DNA of 40,310 nt from Candidatus Minusculum obligatum (GTDB lineage Bacteria > Patescibacteriota > Minisyncoccia > Phycocordibacterales > Phycocordibacteraceae), in assembly GCA_045401155.1 (NCBI GenBank), contig CP174360.1:376769-417078 (forward strand), in the 5' to 3' direction. A program made the translations under genes and the position numbers. Below, piece by piece: positions 8,935 through 18,303 of this stretch (positions are counted from its first letter, which is position 1; each line of letters begins with the position of its first letter). The notes beneath the pieces are model-generated. The model was not told the DNA's origin. It saw nothing but the letters and a program-made list of their open reading frames with translations, and did not search any database.

Positions 8935-9527
8935 TTTCTATTCGTAAGAGCATTTCTAAGCGTCTCTTGATCTGAGTACTCAAGCTCAGTTCCTGTTGCA
9001 AGCCCGCGCCCAAGAAGAGATATTTTTACACCATCTGTAAGTGGAGAAATAAGATCAAGCACATGATCTTTTGTCTGCTCTCCCTCAACAGTCGCAGAGA
9101 GTCCAAGTACTACTTCTTCAAGACCTTTTTCTTTTCTAAGAATTAGTGCCTTTTTAAGAAGATCTGCACGAACAGGATTTCGTCCCGTGATTGGTACGGT
9201 CCCGCCAAGTACTACATAGTACCCATTAAAGAGTCCTGACTTTTCTACAGCGAGAAGGTCAGCATCCTTTTCTACAATCATAAGCACTGTATTGTCTCTG
9301 CTTGTATCAGAGCAATACTTACACTCAAGTGTGGTATCCGTGTGGTGCAGGCCGCAGATAGGGCAGGCGTGCACGGTATCTTTTACGTTTTTGATAAGAT
9401 CTCCAAACTCACGAAGGTCTCCTTTAGATCGCTTTAAAAGACCGTATACGAGACGGCGTGCTTGTCGTGGTCCAATGCCGGGTAATTGCTCAAAATGATA
9501 GATGAGCTTTTCTAAACTATTCTGCAT
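8931..9527 (-). CDS. recR: recombination protein RecR
   Basis: HhH motif LPGIGPRQARRL, a C4 zinc finger (CPICG...CKYC) and a Toprim-like C-terminal half. Confidence 0.9.
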   Translation of the reverse strand: MQNSLEKLIYHFEQLPGIGPRQARRLVYGLLKRSKGDLREFGDLIKNVKDTVHACPICGLHHTDTTLECKYCSDTSRDNTVLMIVEKDADLLAVEKSGLFNGYYVVLGGTVPITGRNPVRADLLKKALILRKEKGLEEVVLGLSATVEGEQTKDHVLDLISPLTDGVKISLLGRGLATGTELEYSDQETLRNALTNRK

Positions 9528-10899
9528 GATCTTCTATTGGTGCTCCCGCAAGTGCATCAAATTCACTTGTCTCAAGATCCATAAAGGTAACACGCTTCTC
9601 ATCAAAGTAGAGTTCAGCTGATCCCACAGGCCCATTTCGATGCTTTTCAACGAGGATTTCAGCAATGTTGTTTTTATCTGCCATTTCATTCATCTTATCT
9701 TCTCGGTGAATAAACATAACCACATCAGCATCCTGCTCAATAGATCCTGAATCTCGAAGATCTGAAAGTCGTGGTCTTCCACGTCGTTGCTCCACAGCAC
9801 GAGAGAGCTGAGATAGGGCAATCACGGGCACATCAATCTCACGAGCAAGTGATTTAAGAGATCGAGAGATTTCCGTAACCTGCTGTACCACAGAATCACT
9901 AGCCTTAGTGTTTGTAGGGCTCATAAGCTGCAGGTAGTCAACCACAATCATCCCAATACCGTGCTCGCGCTTTAGACGTCTGGCGGTGGCGCGCATAGCA
10001 AGGATATTATTTCCTGGCTTATCATCGATAAAGATAGGTGCATTTGAAAGTGTCTCAAGAGCATCTCGAACTTTTGCAAAATCATCCTCACTACTAATAG
10101 ACCCGGTACGAAGCTTCCAGGAGTTAACGTAACTTTCAGAGGCCAGCATACGCTCTACAAGCTGCTGAGAGCTCATTTCAAGGGAGAAGATACCTACGGG
10201 TACGTTATGCTTTACTGCTGCATTACGAGCGATATCAAGCGCAAGAGAGGTTTTACCCATAGAAGGTCGGGCAGCAAGGATAATAAGATCAGATGGTTGG
10301 AATCCTGATAGGAGACTATCAAGCCCTTTAAATCCACTTTTAACTCCACGAACGTTGTCCTTACTTTTTGAGAGTTTTTCAATATGATCCCATGCCTGGG
10401 TCAGGGTTTCTTTAATAGGGATGAATTTGTGTGTGGCAAATGCATTTCCAATATGCATGATGCTTTTCTCAGCAATATCAAGCATCTCAGCCGGGTCGTT
10501 TGATTCATCGTGTGCTTTCTCTGTGATGGTGTACGCAGCATCAATAAGAGATCGCATAATGTACTTTTCAGATACGATCTGCGCGTAGTGTCCAATGTTT
10601 CCTGCAGATGGAGTTTTTTCAATAAGCTCTGCAAGATAGGCTCGTCCTCCAACTTGGTCTAGATGTCCTTTGTCTTTTAACTTTTGTGTAAGAGAAAGTA
10701 GATCGATAGGCTCTCCTTTATCAAGGAGTTCAAGCATCATATTGAAAATAGTTTTGTGCTTTGCAGCATAGAAAGAATCTCCGCGCACAAGATCGGTAAT
10801 GTCGTGAAGAGACTCTGGGCGAACCATAATAGATCCCAAAAGTGCTTGCTCACTTTCTATTGATTGTGGTGGGACTCTACTAAAGCTTTGCTCTGACAT
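9517..10899 (-). CDS. dnaB: replicative DNA helicase DnaB
   Basis: N-terminus PPQSIESEQALLGSIM, Walker A ARPSMGKTS and the RecA-like C-terminal domain; 460 aa. Confidence 0.95.
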   Translation of the reverse strand: MSEQSFSRVPPQSIESEQALLGSIMVRPESLHDITDLVRGDSFYAAKHKTIFNMMLELLDKGEPIDLLSLTQKLKDKGHLDQVGGRAYLAELIEKTPSAGNIGHYAQIVSEKYIMRSLIDAAYTITEKAHDESNDPAEMLDIAEKSIMHIGNAFATHKFIPIKETLTQAWDHIEKLSKSKDNVRGVKSGFKGLDSLLSGFQPSDLIILAARPSMGKTSLALDIARNAAVKHNVPVGIFSLEMSSQQLVERMLASESYVNSWKLRTGSISSEDDFAKVRDALETLSNAPIFIDDKPGNNILAMRATARRLKREHGIGMIVVDYLQLMSPTNTKASDSVVQQVTEISRSLKSLAREIDVPVIALSQLSRAVEQRRGRPRLSDLRDSGSIEQDADVVMFIHREDKMNEMADKNNIAEILVEKHRNGPVGSAELYFDEKRVTFMDLETSEFDALAGAPIEDHAE

Positions 10900-10959
10900 A
10901 GAGAGATTATATCAAAGGTGGGGAAGAGACGTCCTATGTGGACACGGTGGATAGTCTGT

Positions 10960-12360
10960 CTATAACTTTTCTACAATAGGTCCATTCTCAGAATCCTTAA
11001 CAGTGTAGCCTTTTTCTTGTAGTTGATCTCGAATCTGGTCTGCCTGTGTAAAGTCTTTTTCTTTACGAAATGCCTCTCGTTTATCTGCCAGTTCCTGTAT
11101 TTCGTGAGGAATGTGTTTTTTGATTCTTTCTCCAAAGATCTCAAGGCCAAGCGCTCGGTCCATGCGAAGAAGTGTTTTTTTCTTAGATCCTTTGTTTAGA
11201 TCTTCATCTCGAATCATCTCCCACATCACTGCAAGTGCTTGAGGAGTATTTAGGTCATCAAACAGCGCTTCCTTAAATCGGTTTAAATAAAGACTGGCGA
11301 TGTACGTTTCTTTTTCTTTTTTCAAAGAATCTGCAAAAAGGTAAAGGCGGTTAAGTGCTCGCTCAGCTCCCGCAAGTGCTTCTTTTGTAAAGTTTTGGTG
11401 AGTTCGGTAATGAGCTTCAAGGAAAAGGTAGCGAAGTGCGAGTTTGTGATCTACATCTTTTAGGTACACAGTATTACCAATAGACTTAGAAATCTTTTCT
11501 CCATCGATATTAAGAAATGCGTTATGCATCCAGATTTGTGCAAAAGTCTTTCCAGTTACTCCTTCACTTTGTGCAATTTCATTGTTGTGGTGTGTGTAGA
11601 TGTGATCTTCTCCTCCTGTGTGAATATCAATCTGCTCGCCAAGCTTACTGATTGCCATTGCAGAACACTCAAGGTGCCACCCAGGGAACCCAACACCCCA
11701 TGGAGAGTCCCATTCCTGGAGACGTTTTTCTCCCTTAGAGAATTTCCAAAGTGCAAAGTCTTGTGGGTTTCTTTTATCACCCACATCTACCCGAGCACCT
11801 GCCTTAAGATCTGCAAGGTTTACACCTCCAAGTTCTCCATATTTTGAAAATGTTTTTACATCGAAATACACGCCGTCTTTTGTTTTGTACGTGTGTCCAC
11901 GCTCTTCAAGCGCTTCAATGATTTCAATTTGCTCTGGAATATGATCTGTTGCTTTAGGGAAGGAGTAGCGGCCCGTTACGATGTTGAGCGCGTCAAGGTC
12001 TTCCATGAATGCTCTTGTGTATTCGTGCGTAATGCTCTCTGCACTGCGACCTTCTTTTTTTGCCGCTTCTTCCATTTTGTCATCTCCAAGATCACCATCA
12101 TCAGTTAGGTGACCCACATCAGTGATGTTAATGACATGTTTTGGCTTATACCCCGCAAAGGTAAGTGTGCGATGTAGTGTGTCTGCAAACACATATGCGC
12201 GAAGATTTCCGACATGCACCGGTCCATATACGGTTGGTCCACATGTGTAAACAGAAACAGTATTTCCTCTAAGAGGTTTTAGAATTTCTTTTTTCTTACT
12301 CTTTGTATTGTAGAGCTCTATTTCTCGAGCTTTTGGTTGTAGGAGTCGCCAAGAAAACAT
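10960..12360 (-). CDS. cysS: cysteine--tRNA ligase
   Basis: CGPTVYGPVHVGNLR (HIGH-type motif), KISKS and WHLEC. Start set to ATG 12360, 1 nt after the corA stop. Confidence 0.9.
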   Translation of the reverse strand: MFSWRLLQPKAREIELYNTKSKKKEILKPLRGNTVSVYTCGPTVYGPVHVGNLRAYVFADTLHRTLTFAGYKPKHVINITDVGHLTDDGDLGDDKMEEAAKKEGRSAESITHEYTRAFMEDLDALNIVTGRYSFPKATDHIPEQIEIIEALEERGHTYKTKDGVYFDVKTFSKYGELGGVNLADLKAGARVDVGDKRNPQDFALWKFSKGEKRLQEWDSPWGVGFPGWHLECSAMAISKLGEQIDIHTGGEDHIYTHHNNEIAQSEGVTGKTFAQIWMHNAFLNIDGEKISKSIGNTVYLKDVDHKLALRYLFLEAHYRTHQNFTKEALAGAERALNRLYLFADSLKKEKETYIASLYLNRFKEALFDDLNTPQALAVMWEMIRDEDLNKGSKKKTLLRMDRALGLEIFGERIKKHIPHEIQELADKREAFRKEKDFTQADQIRDQLQEKGYTVKDSENGPIVEKL

Positions 12361-12361
12361 A

Positions 12362-13276
12362 TTAGAGCCATTTCTTATATATAAAGTACGTAAAGAACAA
12401 GATAGTGAAGCCAAACATGATACCCATCACAATCCAGAAGTCTCCAGGAGCTCCTACGATAGGAATATAACTCGTGTTCATTCCAAAGATACTTGCGATA
12501 AGAGAAAGCGGGAAAGTAACAAAGGCCATAATTGTAAGCACCTTCATCACTTCGTTCTGCTTTGTAGTTAGGAGGGAGTTGTTTGTCTCCCGAAGTCCTG
12601 CAGCCATCTGCAAGTATGAGTTTGTTGCTGTTTGGGTACGCTGATGCTCTCCAAGAAGCGCTTTTGAGTACATGGTGAAGTGTTTCCCAAAAATATTTTC
12701 AGCTTGTCGGTCAAAAGATTCAAGCACTGTGGCATGTGTCTCAAGAAGGATATTAAAGTTACGAAGTACGGTACTTACCTTTGAGATCTCAAACACCATT
12801 TCTTTTTCTTTTCCTTTAAACATTTCATCTTCAATACGACGAATTACATCTCGTTGATAATCAAGCTCATGAAATACTCCGGCGTATAGCTTCATAACAA
12901 TCTTGTAGAGAAGTTCTCCAGCATGGTGCATTGCAGGCTCATTATCAATAATGGTCTCTGTCTCAAGTGTTTTGTGAAATTTGTGAATAGGGTCTACTTC
13001 GTCATAACGCACGGTAATGATGTAGTTCTTTCCAAGAATAAAATCTACTTCCTGAGAGCTGCTTTTTGTATGTGAGTGTCGCTCAACAGGGAAGTGGAGG
13101 ATGAGATAGAGGTAATCGTCTCCTGAGATTACAGATGGTTTTAGCGTCGGTGCTTGAAGTTCTTCAACAATAAATGGGTCAATAGAAAATTCTTTAGAAA
13201 TTTGTTCTAATTCTTCTACATTTGGGGATTCAAGGTCCACCCACGAAATACCATCAAGCTCCTGACGCTTTATCAT
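12362..13276 (-). CDS. corA: magnesium/cobalt transporter CorA
   Basis: Two C-terminal TM helices with the GMN motif (IFGMNTSYIP). Start set to MIKRQELDG (ATG 13276). Confidence 0.85.
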   Translation of the reverse strand: MIKRQELDGISWVDLESPNVEELEQISKEFSIDPFIVEELQAPTLKPSVISGDDYLYLILHFPVERHSHTKSSSQEVDFILGKNYIITVRYDEVDPIHKFHKTLETETIIDNEPAMHHAGELLYKIVMKLYAGVFHELDYQRDVIRRIEDEMFKGKEKEMVFEISKVSTVLRNFNILLETHATVLESFDRQAENIFGKHFTMYSKALLGEHQRTQTATNSYLQMAAGLRETNNSLLTTKQNEVMKVLTIMAFVTFPLSLIASIFGMNTSYIPIVGAPGDFWIVMGIMFGFTILFFTYFIYKKWL

Positions 13277-13336
13277 TGGCGTAATTATAGCATCAACCTT
13301 TGACGGAAAAGTCGTCTCTTGCGATACTTCTTGATA

Positions 13337-14560
13337 ATGGAAGATACTCCACAAAAACAAACACCGCTTGTCCGATTTGCGATGATTGGAGCACTTATTT
13401 TTGTACTTGGATTTGGTTCAGGAGTTGTTGTAAATGGGGGAAAGGGACTCCAGGCATTTTCAATCCCATTCTTTGGTGTTGACGGGACTCCACAAGAAGA
13501 TGTAGATCTCTCTACATTCTGGAAAGTGTGGAATACACTTGATAGTAAGTTCGTGCACAATGCGAGCTCTACACCGCCAACTGCAGATGAGCTTATCTAT
13601 GGAGCTGCTATGGGTCTTGCAGAAGCATATGGAGATCCGTATACCATTTTCTTGCCTCCTGTTGAGTCTGAAATGTTTGCCGAAGACATTAGCGGAAACT
13701 TTGAAGGTGTAGGAATGGAGATTGGTGTGCGCGATGGCATTCTTACCGTAGTTGCGCCCCTTAAGGGAACGCCCGCAGAAAAGGCTGGACTTATGTCAGG
13801 AGACAAGATTATTGCCATTGATGGTGTGTCTTCTGAGCGCATGGGAAGCGACAAGGCGGTAACGCTTATTCGTGGAGAGCGTGGCACTATCGTTACATTT
13901 ACTATTTTGCGTGGGGAGAATGAGATCCTAGAAATTCCAGTGACCCGTGATGTTATTGAAATTCCAACTATTGATACAGAGCTGCGAGAGGATGGAGTAT
14001 TCGTAATTGCGCTATATAACTTTGGCGCAACATCTCCAGAGTTATTTAGAAATGCACTTCAAGAATTTATAGATGCAGGTACACCAAACCTTGTTATTGA
14101 TCTTCGAGGAAATCCAGGAGGATTTCTTGAAGCTGCGGTAGATATGGCTAGCTGGTTCCTTCCAGATGGTGCCGTGGTGGTGCGAGAAGATCTTGGAGAA
14201 GGAGTAAAGGAGAAGGTGCAGCGATCTCGAGGGTACGATGCATTTAATGAAAACCTAAATCTTGCCGTACTTATTGATGGAGGAAGTGCCTCAGCATCTG
14301 AGATTTTGGCAGGAGCACTAAAAGATCATGGAGCTGCAACCATTGTAGGAATGCCAAGTTTTGGTAAGGGTTCAGTGCAGGAGCTTATAAATATTACAAG
14401 TGACACATCTCTTAAGGTGACCGTAGCGCGATGGCTTACACCGGATGGAGTCTCAATTTCAAACGGAGGCTTGATTCCTGATGTAGAAGTAGAGTATGAT
14501 CCTGATACCGATATAGATGAGCAGCTTGAAAAGGCAGCCGAATTATTGCTAAGTAGATAA
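13337..14560 (+). CDS. S41 family C-terminal processing peptidase (PDZ-containing)
   Basis: N-terminal TM segment, a PDZ-like region (GDKIIAIDG) and an S41 core (DLRGNPGG, GGSASASEILAGALKD, FGKGSVQ). Confidence 0.85.
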   Translation: MEDTPQKQTPLVRFAMIGALIFVLGFGSGVVVNGGKGLQAFSIPFFGVDGTPQEDVDLSTFWKVWNTLDSKFVHNASSTPPTADELIYGAAMGLAEAYGDPYTIFLPPVESEMFAEDISGNFEGVGMEIGVRDGILTVVAPLKGTPAEKAGLMSGDKIIAIDGVSSERMGSDKAVTLIRGERGTIVTFTILRGENEILEIPVTRDVIEIPTIDTELREDGVFVIALYNFGATSPELFRNALQEFIDAGTPNLVIDLRGNPGGFLEAAVDMASWFLPDGAVVVREDLGEGVKEKVQRSRGYDAFNENLNLAVLIDGGSASASEILAGALKDHGAATIVGMPSFGKGSVQELINITSDTSLKVTVARWLTPDGVSISNGGLIPDVEVEYDPDTDIDEQLEKAAELLLSR

Positions 14561-14561
14561 T

Positions 14562-15005
14562 ATGAAAGTAGTACTAACGAAAGATATAAAAGGACTTGGA
14601 AGAAAGGGAGATGTGATAGAGCAGAAGGACGGATACGTACTTAATTTCCTTATTCCTCAAGGATCTGCGGTTCCAGAGAATAGCTCTATGGCTAAGGTGG
14701 TTATGCAAAAGAAGGGAGAAGCTGAAGATCGAAAAGAGATGCAGCACGAGCTTCTAAATGACACTATCAAAGGGCTTGATGGAGAGCGTCTAGTTTTCTC
14801 TAAGAAGGTAAATGAGCAAGGAGGTCTATATGACAAAATTGATGCTTCTGAAATTCTTGCAAAGATTGCAGAGCTAAAAGGTGTAGAGCTTCCGGAAGAA
14901 GTTGTCGCTCTTGATGCACCTATTGAGACTCAGGCTGATACTGAGGTTGTGATTTCAAATGGAGAGGTAGAGGCAAAGGTAACTATCGTAGTTGAGGCAG
15001 CGTAA
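14562..15005 (+). CDS. rplI: 50S ribosomal protein L9
   Basis: MKVVLTKDIKGLGRKGDVIEQKDGYVLNFLIPQG is the typical L9 N-terminus. Confidence 0.9.
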   Translation: MKVVLTKDIKGLGRKGDVIEQKDGYVLNFLIPQGSAVPENSSMAKVVMQKKGEAEDRKEMQHELLNDTIKGLDGERLVFSKKVNEQGGLYDKIDASEILAKIAELKGVELPEEVVALDAPIETQADTEVVISNGEVEAKVTIVVEAA

Positions 15006-15024
15006 GTAAAAATTTAAGAGATAC

Positions 15025-15051
15025 TAAAAAAGCCCCGAGAGAGGCTTTTTT
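15025..15051. terminator. bidirectional A-tract/T-tract terminator between rplI and rpmA
   Basis: Sequence aaaaaagcc-ccgagaga-ggctttttt; the stem is short and GC-poor. Confidence 0.6.
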
Positions 15052-15052
15052 G

Positions 15053-15325
15053 TTAGACAACGTCTACAACTTTTTTAATTGTCTGTTGTCCGTTAAATCG
15101 GGTCTTTCGAGTATTTCGGAAGGCTACAGTTCCGTCAGTTACAGCATATAGAGTGTGATCTCGTCCCACCTTTACATTTTTTCCAGCCTCGATCTTTGTT
15201 CCACGCTGGCGCACGATAACAGCACCTGCTTTTGCAGTTTGTCCGTCTCCAAGCTTAGTTCCTAGATACTTAGGATTACTGTCTCGAAGGTTTTTTGCTG
15301 ATCCACCGGCTTTTCTATGTGCCAT
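15053..15325 (-). CDS. rpmA: 50S ribosomal protein L27
   Basis: [22 protein letters not shown]...IVRQRGTK is canonical L27. Confidence 0.95.
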   Translation of the reverse strand: MAHRKAGGSAKNLRDSNPKYLGTKLGDGQTAKAGAVIVRQRGTKIEAGKNVKVGRDHTLYAVTDGTVAFRNTRKTRFNGQQTIKKVVDVV

Positions 15326-15345
15326 ATGCTATATAATTAAGTGTG

Positions 15346-15681
15346 ATGAATATACCAGAGACCGCTAAAAAACTCAAGCAGTTATTAGATGGAGATTTAT
15401 TCATATTTCTAGCCTTTATTTTGGCTTGTTCATTGAGTTTTTCCTTTGGATATCTTGCGGGTAGGGAAGAGAAGGCTCTTCCTGTTTCTATAGATACTTC
15501 AGCAGCTGTATATAAGGCCACAAGTGAAGAAAAGAACTTCGTGGCATCCGTTTCTGGCACTAAATACTATTTGCCATATTGTTCTGGCGTATCTCGTATA
15601 AAAGAAGAAAATAAAATCTGGTTTGCAGACAAAGAGGATGCAGAGCTTGCTGGGTATACTCCTGCAGCAAATTGTTTTTAA
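15346..15681 (+). CDS. membrane-anchored sunset-domain-like protein
   Basis: N-terminal TM helix and a C-terminal KYYLPYCSG...FADKEDAELAGYTPAANC (Cys-containing, Ada-Zn-like 'sunset' pattern recalled from memory). Confidence 0.5.
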   Translation: MNIPETAKKLKQLLDGDLFIFLAFILACSLSFSFGYLAGREEKALPVSIDTSAAVYKATSEEKNFVASVSGTKYYLPYCSGVSRIKEENKIWFADKEDAELAGYTPAANCF

Positions 15682-15683
15682 AT

Positions 15684-15796
15684 AAAAAAACACAGCCGTG
15701 TGGGGCTGTGCGGATGAAAGAGCGAGCAGGAAGGGGCGCTGGCTGGGGGGCGCTTGGGACGCGCCCCTTCCTGTCTGTCGGCGCTCATTCGCCAAC
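15684..15796 (-). ncRNA. candidate small RNA (GC-rich rod-like hairpin plus terminator)
   Basis: Minus-strand promoter is TTGACA (15825-15830) - 16 nt - TATTAT (15803-15808). There is a perfect 13-bp helix (15727-15739 / 15761-15773) and a terminator hairpin (15691-15697 / 15704-15710) followed by a U-tract (15684-15690). No convincing ORF. Confidence 0.4.
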
Positions 15797-15802
15797 GTTT
15801 GT

Positions 15803-15830
15803 ATAATAACATTTATATAGATATTGTCAA
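15803..15830 (-). promoter_or_regulatory. near-consensus sigma70-type promoter for the candidate sRNA
   Basis: TTGACA, a 16-nt spacer, then TATTAT, read on the minus strand. Confidence 0.55.
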
Positions 15831-15871
15831 TACCTATTGAAGTTTTATTTATAAGCTATAATCAAAGCATT

Positions 15872-16459
15872 ATGGAAAAAATATCAATACGAAAGGCATA
15901 TAAAACAGCATGGAATAAGTTTATGGAGCGTCCATGGTTCCTTTTTTCTCTAGGAGTTGGAGTATGGGTGCTGTTATTCCTTGGAAGTTCAAGCAATGCT
16001 GCCTTTACAGCACTTGGATACATTATTTATGGAGGATACCTTGGCGTGCTCATGATGCACATGAAAGGAGAGCAAATTGTCTTTGATGATCTATTTTCGC
16101 TAGATAATCGGTGGATCTCTTTTGTGTTTATGGGGATGATCAAAGCTGTATTCCTTCTTCTAGGTTTTCTCCTATTTATCATTCCTGGAATATATCTGAT
16201 GGTGAAGTGGATGTTTGCTGAGTACCTTGTAATTGAGAAGGGGATGCGTCCAATGGAGGCACTTCGAAAGAGTTCTGAGATGACAAAGGGGCATCGTTGG
16301 AAATTGTTCTTCTTTGCGCTCGCTTCGATTCTCGTAATGTTGGTTGGAACACTGCTTTTGTTTGTAGGAGTAATTCCCGCGGGAATTATTGTAGTGCTTG
16401 CAACAATCAGCATTTACAAAAAGCTTCTAAATTCTTCTAATCAAGAGGTACAAGCATGA
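15872..16459 (+). CDS. hypothetical polytopic membrane protein (DUF975-like)
   Basis: 195 aa with 4-5 TM segments. Start set to MEKISIRK (ATG 15872), 9 nt after TATAAT (15857-15862). Confidence 0.5.
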   Translation: MEKISIRKAYKTAWNKFMERPWFLFSLGVGVWVLLFLGSSSNAAFTALGYIIYGGYLGVLMMHMKGEQIVFDDLFSLDNRWISFVFMGMIKAVFLLLGFLLFIIPGIYLMVKWMFAEYLVIEKGMRPMEALRKSSEMTKGHRWKLFFFALASILVMLVGTLLLFVGVIPAGIIVVLATISIYKKLLNSSNQEVQA

Positions 16460-17058
16460 TCGTATTAGATATTGAAGCTTCAGGAGTAAATCCAGAGAAA
16501 CACTCTATTGTTTCTATTGGAGCACTGCACTTAGAGAATCCAACAAACCAGTTCTATGATGAGTGTCGTGTATGGGATAGTGCACATATTGACCCTCAAG
16601 CGCTTGAGATTAATGGGTTTACAGAAGAGGAGCTTCTAGATCCAAATAAAAAAAGTGAGGCAGAAATTGTAAAAGCATTTATTGCTTGGGCAATGGATAT
16701 AGAAGGGGACAGGACGCTTGCAGGACAAAATGTATCATTTGACCGAGACTTTGTTCGTCTAGGAGCACAGCGTGCTGGTATTGACTATCCATTTGCATTT
16801 AGAACTATTGATTCACATTCATTGGGACAGATGCACATGATTAAGGCAGGAATTACACCTCCGGTTGCAAATCATCGATCAGCTCTTGATCTAGATGCGA
16901 TTCTTAATTATTGCGGTATTCCAGATGAGCCAATGCCACACAATGCCCTCACTGGTGCCATGAGTCATGCAGAAGTAATCTCCCGATTGCTTTATGACAA
17001 AAAATTACTTCCGGTATTTGATGAGTTTGAAATTCCGTGGAAAACAGAAGGGAAGTAG
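16456..17058 (+). CDS. DEDDh 3'-5' exonuclease (DnaQ/RNase T-like)
   Basis: Exo I motif VLDIEASG, Exo II NVSFDRDF and Exo III H-x4-D (HNALTGAMSHAE). Confidence 0.75.
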   Translation: MIVLDIEASGVNPEKHSIVSIGALHLENPTNQFYDECRVWDSAHIDPQALEINGFTEEELLDPNKKSEAEIVKAFIAWAMDIEGDRTLAGQNVSFDRDFVRLGAQRAGIDYPFAFRTIDSHSLGQMHMIKAGITPPVANHRSALDLDAILNYCGIPDEPMPHNALTGAMSHAEVISRLLYDKKLLPVFDEFEIPWKTEGK

Positions 17059-17078
17059 TGTGTTAGATTTATTGCTAT

Positions 17079-17783
17079 ATGCGAGAATTCATTCAGAAAG
17101 TACGAGAAGAGTGTGATGTAAAAGTGCCGGAGGTTATTGAGCCAATGGTATGTAAGCCAGTTGAGATCGAGCCTTGGCGTGTATTTAAAATCATGAGCGA
17201 GTTTGCTGATGGTTTTGAGACACTCCAAAAGTACGGTCTTGCAGCAACATTCTTTGGAAGTGCTCGGTGTTCTCTTGGAGATCAAATTTATGATGATGCT
17301 GAAGAGCTTGCAGGGAAGCTAGCACTTCGTGGCTTTACTATCATTACAGGTGGTTCTCATGGGATTATGGAGGCTGCAAACAAGGGTGCGTATGAGGCAG
17401 GAGGGCAGTCTGTAGGGATGAATATCGAGCTTCCAAATGAGCAGACTTCTAATCCGTACCTTACTGATTCAGTGGAGTTTGACCACTTCTTTTCTCGAAA
17501 AGTGATGCTTACGTTTGCTGCGGAAGTATACGTATATTTCCCAGGAGGATTTGGAACTATGGATGAATTGTTTGAAATTCTTACGCTTGTACAGACAAAA
17601 AAGATTAAGCAGATTCCAATCGTATTGTATGGAAAGGAGTACTGGCAGCCAATTCTAGATCTCATTAAAACGCAATTTGCAGAGAAGCATAAAACTATTT
17701 CTCCAGAAGATATGGACCTCTATCATCTTGTAGATTCTGTAGATGAAGCGTACGAATATATTATAGAAAACGCTAAGTGTTAA
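17079..17783 (+). CDS. LOG family / TIGR00730 Rossmann-fold nucleotide-binding protein
   Basis: GGSHGIMEAANKGA and PGGFGTMDELFE motifs. Confidence 0.85.
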   Translation: MREFIQKVREECDVKVPEVIEPMVCKPVEIEPWRVFKIMSEFADGFETLQKYGLAATFFGSARCSLGDQIYDDAEELAGKLALRGFTIITGGSHGIMEAANKGAYEAGGQSVGMNIELPNEQTSNPYLTDSVEFDHFFSRKVMLTFAAEVYVYFPGGFGTMDELFEILTLVQTKKIKQIPIVLYGKEYWQPILDLIKTQFAEKHKTISPEDMDLYHLVDSVDEAYEYIIENAKC

Positions 17784-17785
17784 AT

Positions 17786-17812
17786 AAAAAAGCCCCAGAG
17801 AGGGGCTTTTTT
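17786..17812. terminator. bidirectional intrinsic terminator
   Basis: Sequence aaaaa-agcccc-agaga-ggggct-ttttt lies between the convergent LOG and DoxX genes. Confidence 0.75.
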
Positions 17813-17828
17813 ATTATGTGTTTAGAGT

Positions 17829-18245
17829 TTACGCTTTCGGTGCAGGGCATTTCTTTAGTGCCACCTTGTGAGCTCCATATACACTGACGTATAGAAGACC
17901 TCCGATGATTGCCGCATTCTTTAGGAATTGGATCATCTGATTTGGATCTTCAAAGTTTGTGTGGAAGATAAGCGTAACCACAATAAGGAATGCTGAGATC
18001 ATAAATGCAGCAAACCGTGTCCAGAGTCCAAATAGGATCATAAGACCACCTCCAAGCTCTACGATGATGGCAATGATGATTGCAATTTCAGGGAAGGGTA
18101 CGTTAAACGCTTGTGCGTATCCTACTGACCCTGCAAAGTCCATAATCTTTCCAATACCACCCATGATAAATAGAGCGGCAATAAGAACTCGTCCTAGCAC
18201 AGGAGCCCATAGCTCGTATCCTTTTGATTCGTGTACGTTAAACAT
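17829..18245 (-). CDS. DoxX family membrane protein
   Basis: 138 aa with 4 TM segments. LGRVLIAALFIMGGIGKI and the overall layout are typical of DoxX. Confidence 0.7.
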   Translation of the reverse strand: MFNVHESKGYELWAPVLGRVLIAALFIMGGIGKIMDFAGSVGYAQAFNVPFPEIAIIIAIIVELGGGLMILFGLWTRFAAFMISAFLIVVTLIFHTNFEDPNQMIQFLKNAAIIGGLLYVSVYGAHKVALKKCPAPKA

Positions 18246-18303
18246 ATTTTTAATTATTTATTGTATGTAGATATTTTATCATTTCGTATATACTCTAGGG
18301 AAT

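Noticed and set aside
15499-15795. 98-aa minus-strand ORF (MANERRQTGRGASQ...) listed in the ORF track
   Set aside because: It starts at TTG, runs straight through an intrinsic terminator hairpin, and is then antisense to most of the C-terminal half of the sunset-domain gene. A second frame is equally open across the GC-rich part, as expected for GC-rich non-coding sequence. It is better explained as a structured RNA.
15684-15796. Identity of the GC-rich hairpin RNA as SRP (4.5S) RNA, RNase P RNA, tmRNA or 6S RNA
   Set aside because: By eye there is no GNRA-capped domain IV with flanking AGG/AGCA-type loops, no GAGGAAAGUCC-type P4 sequence and no tRNA-like ends. The length is also wrong for 6S or RNase P. 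It is left as unclassified; a covariance-model search is needed.
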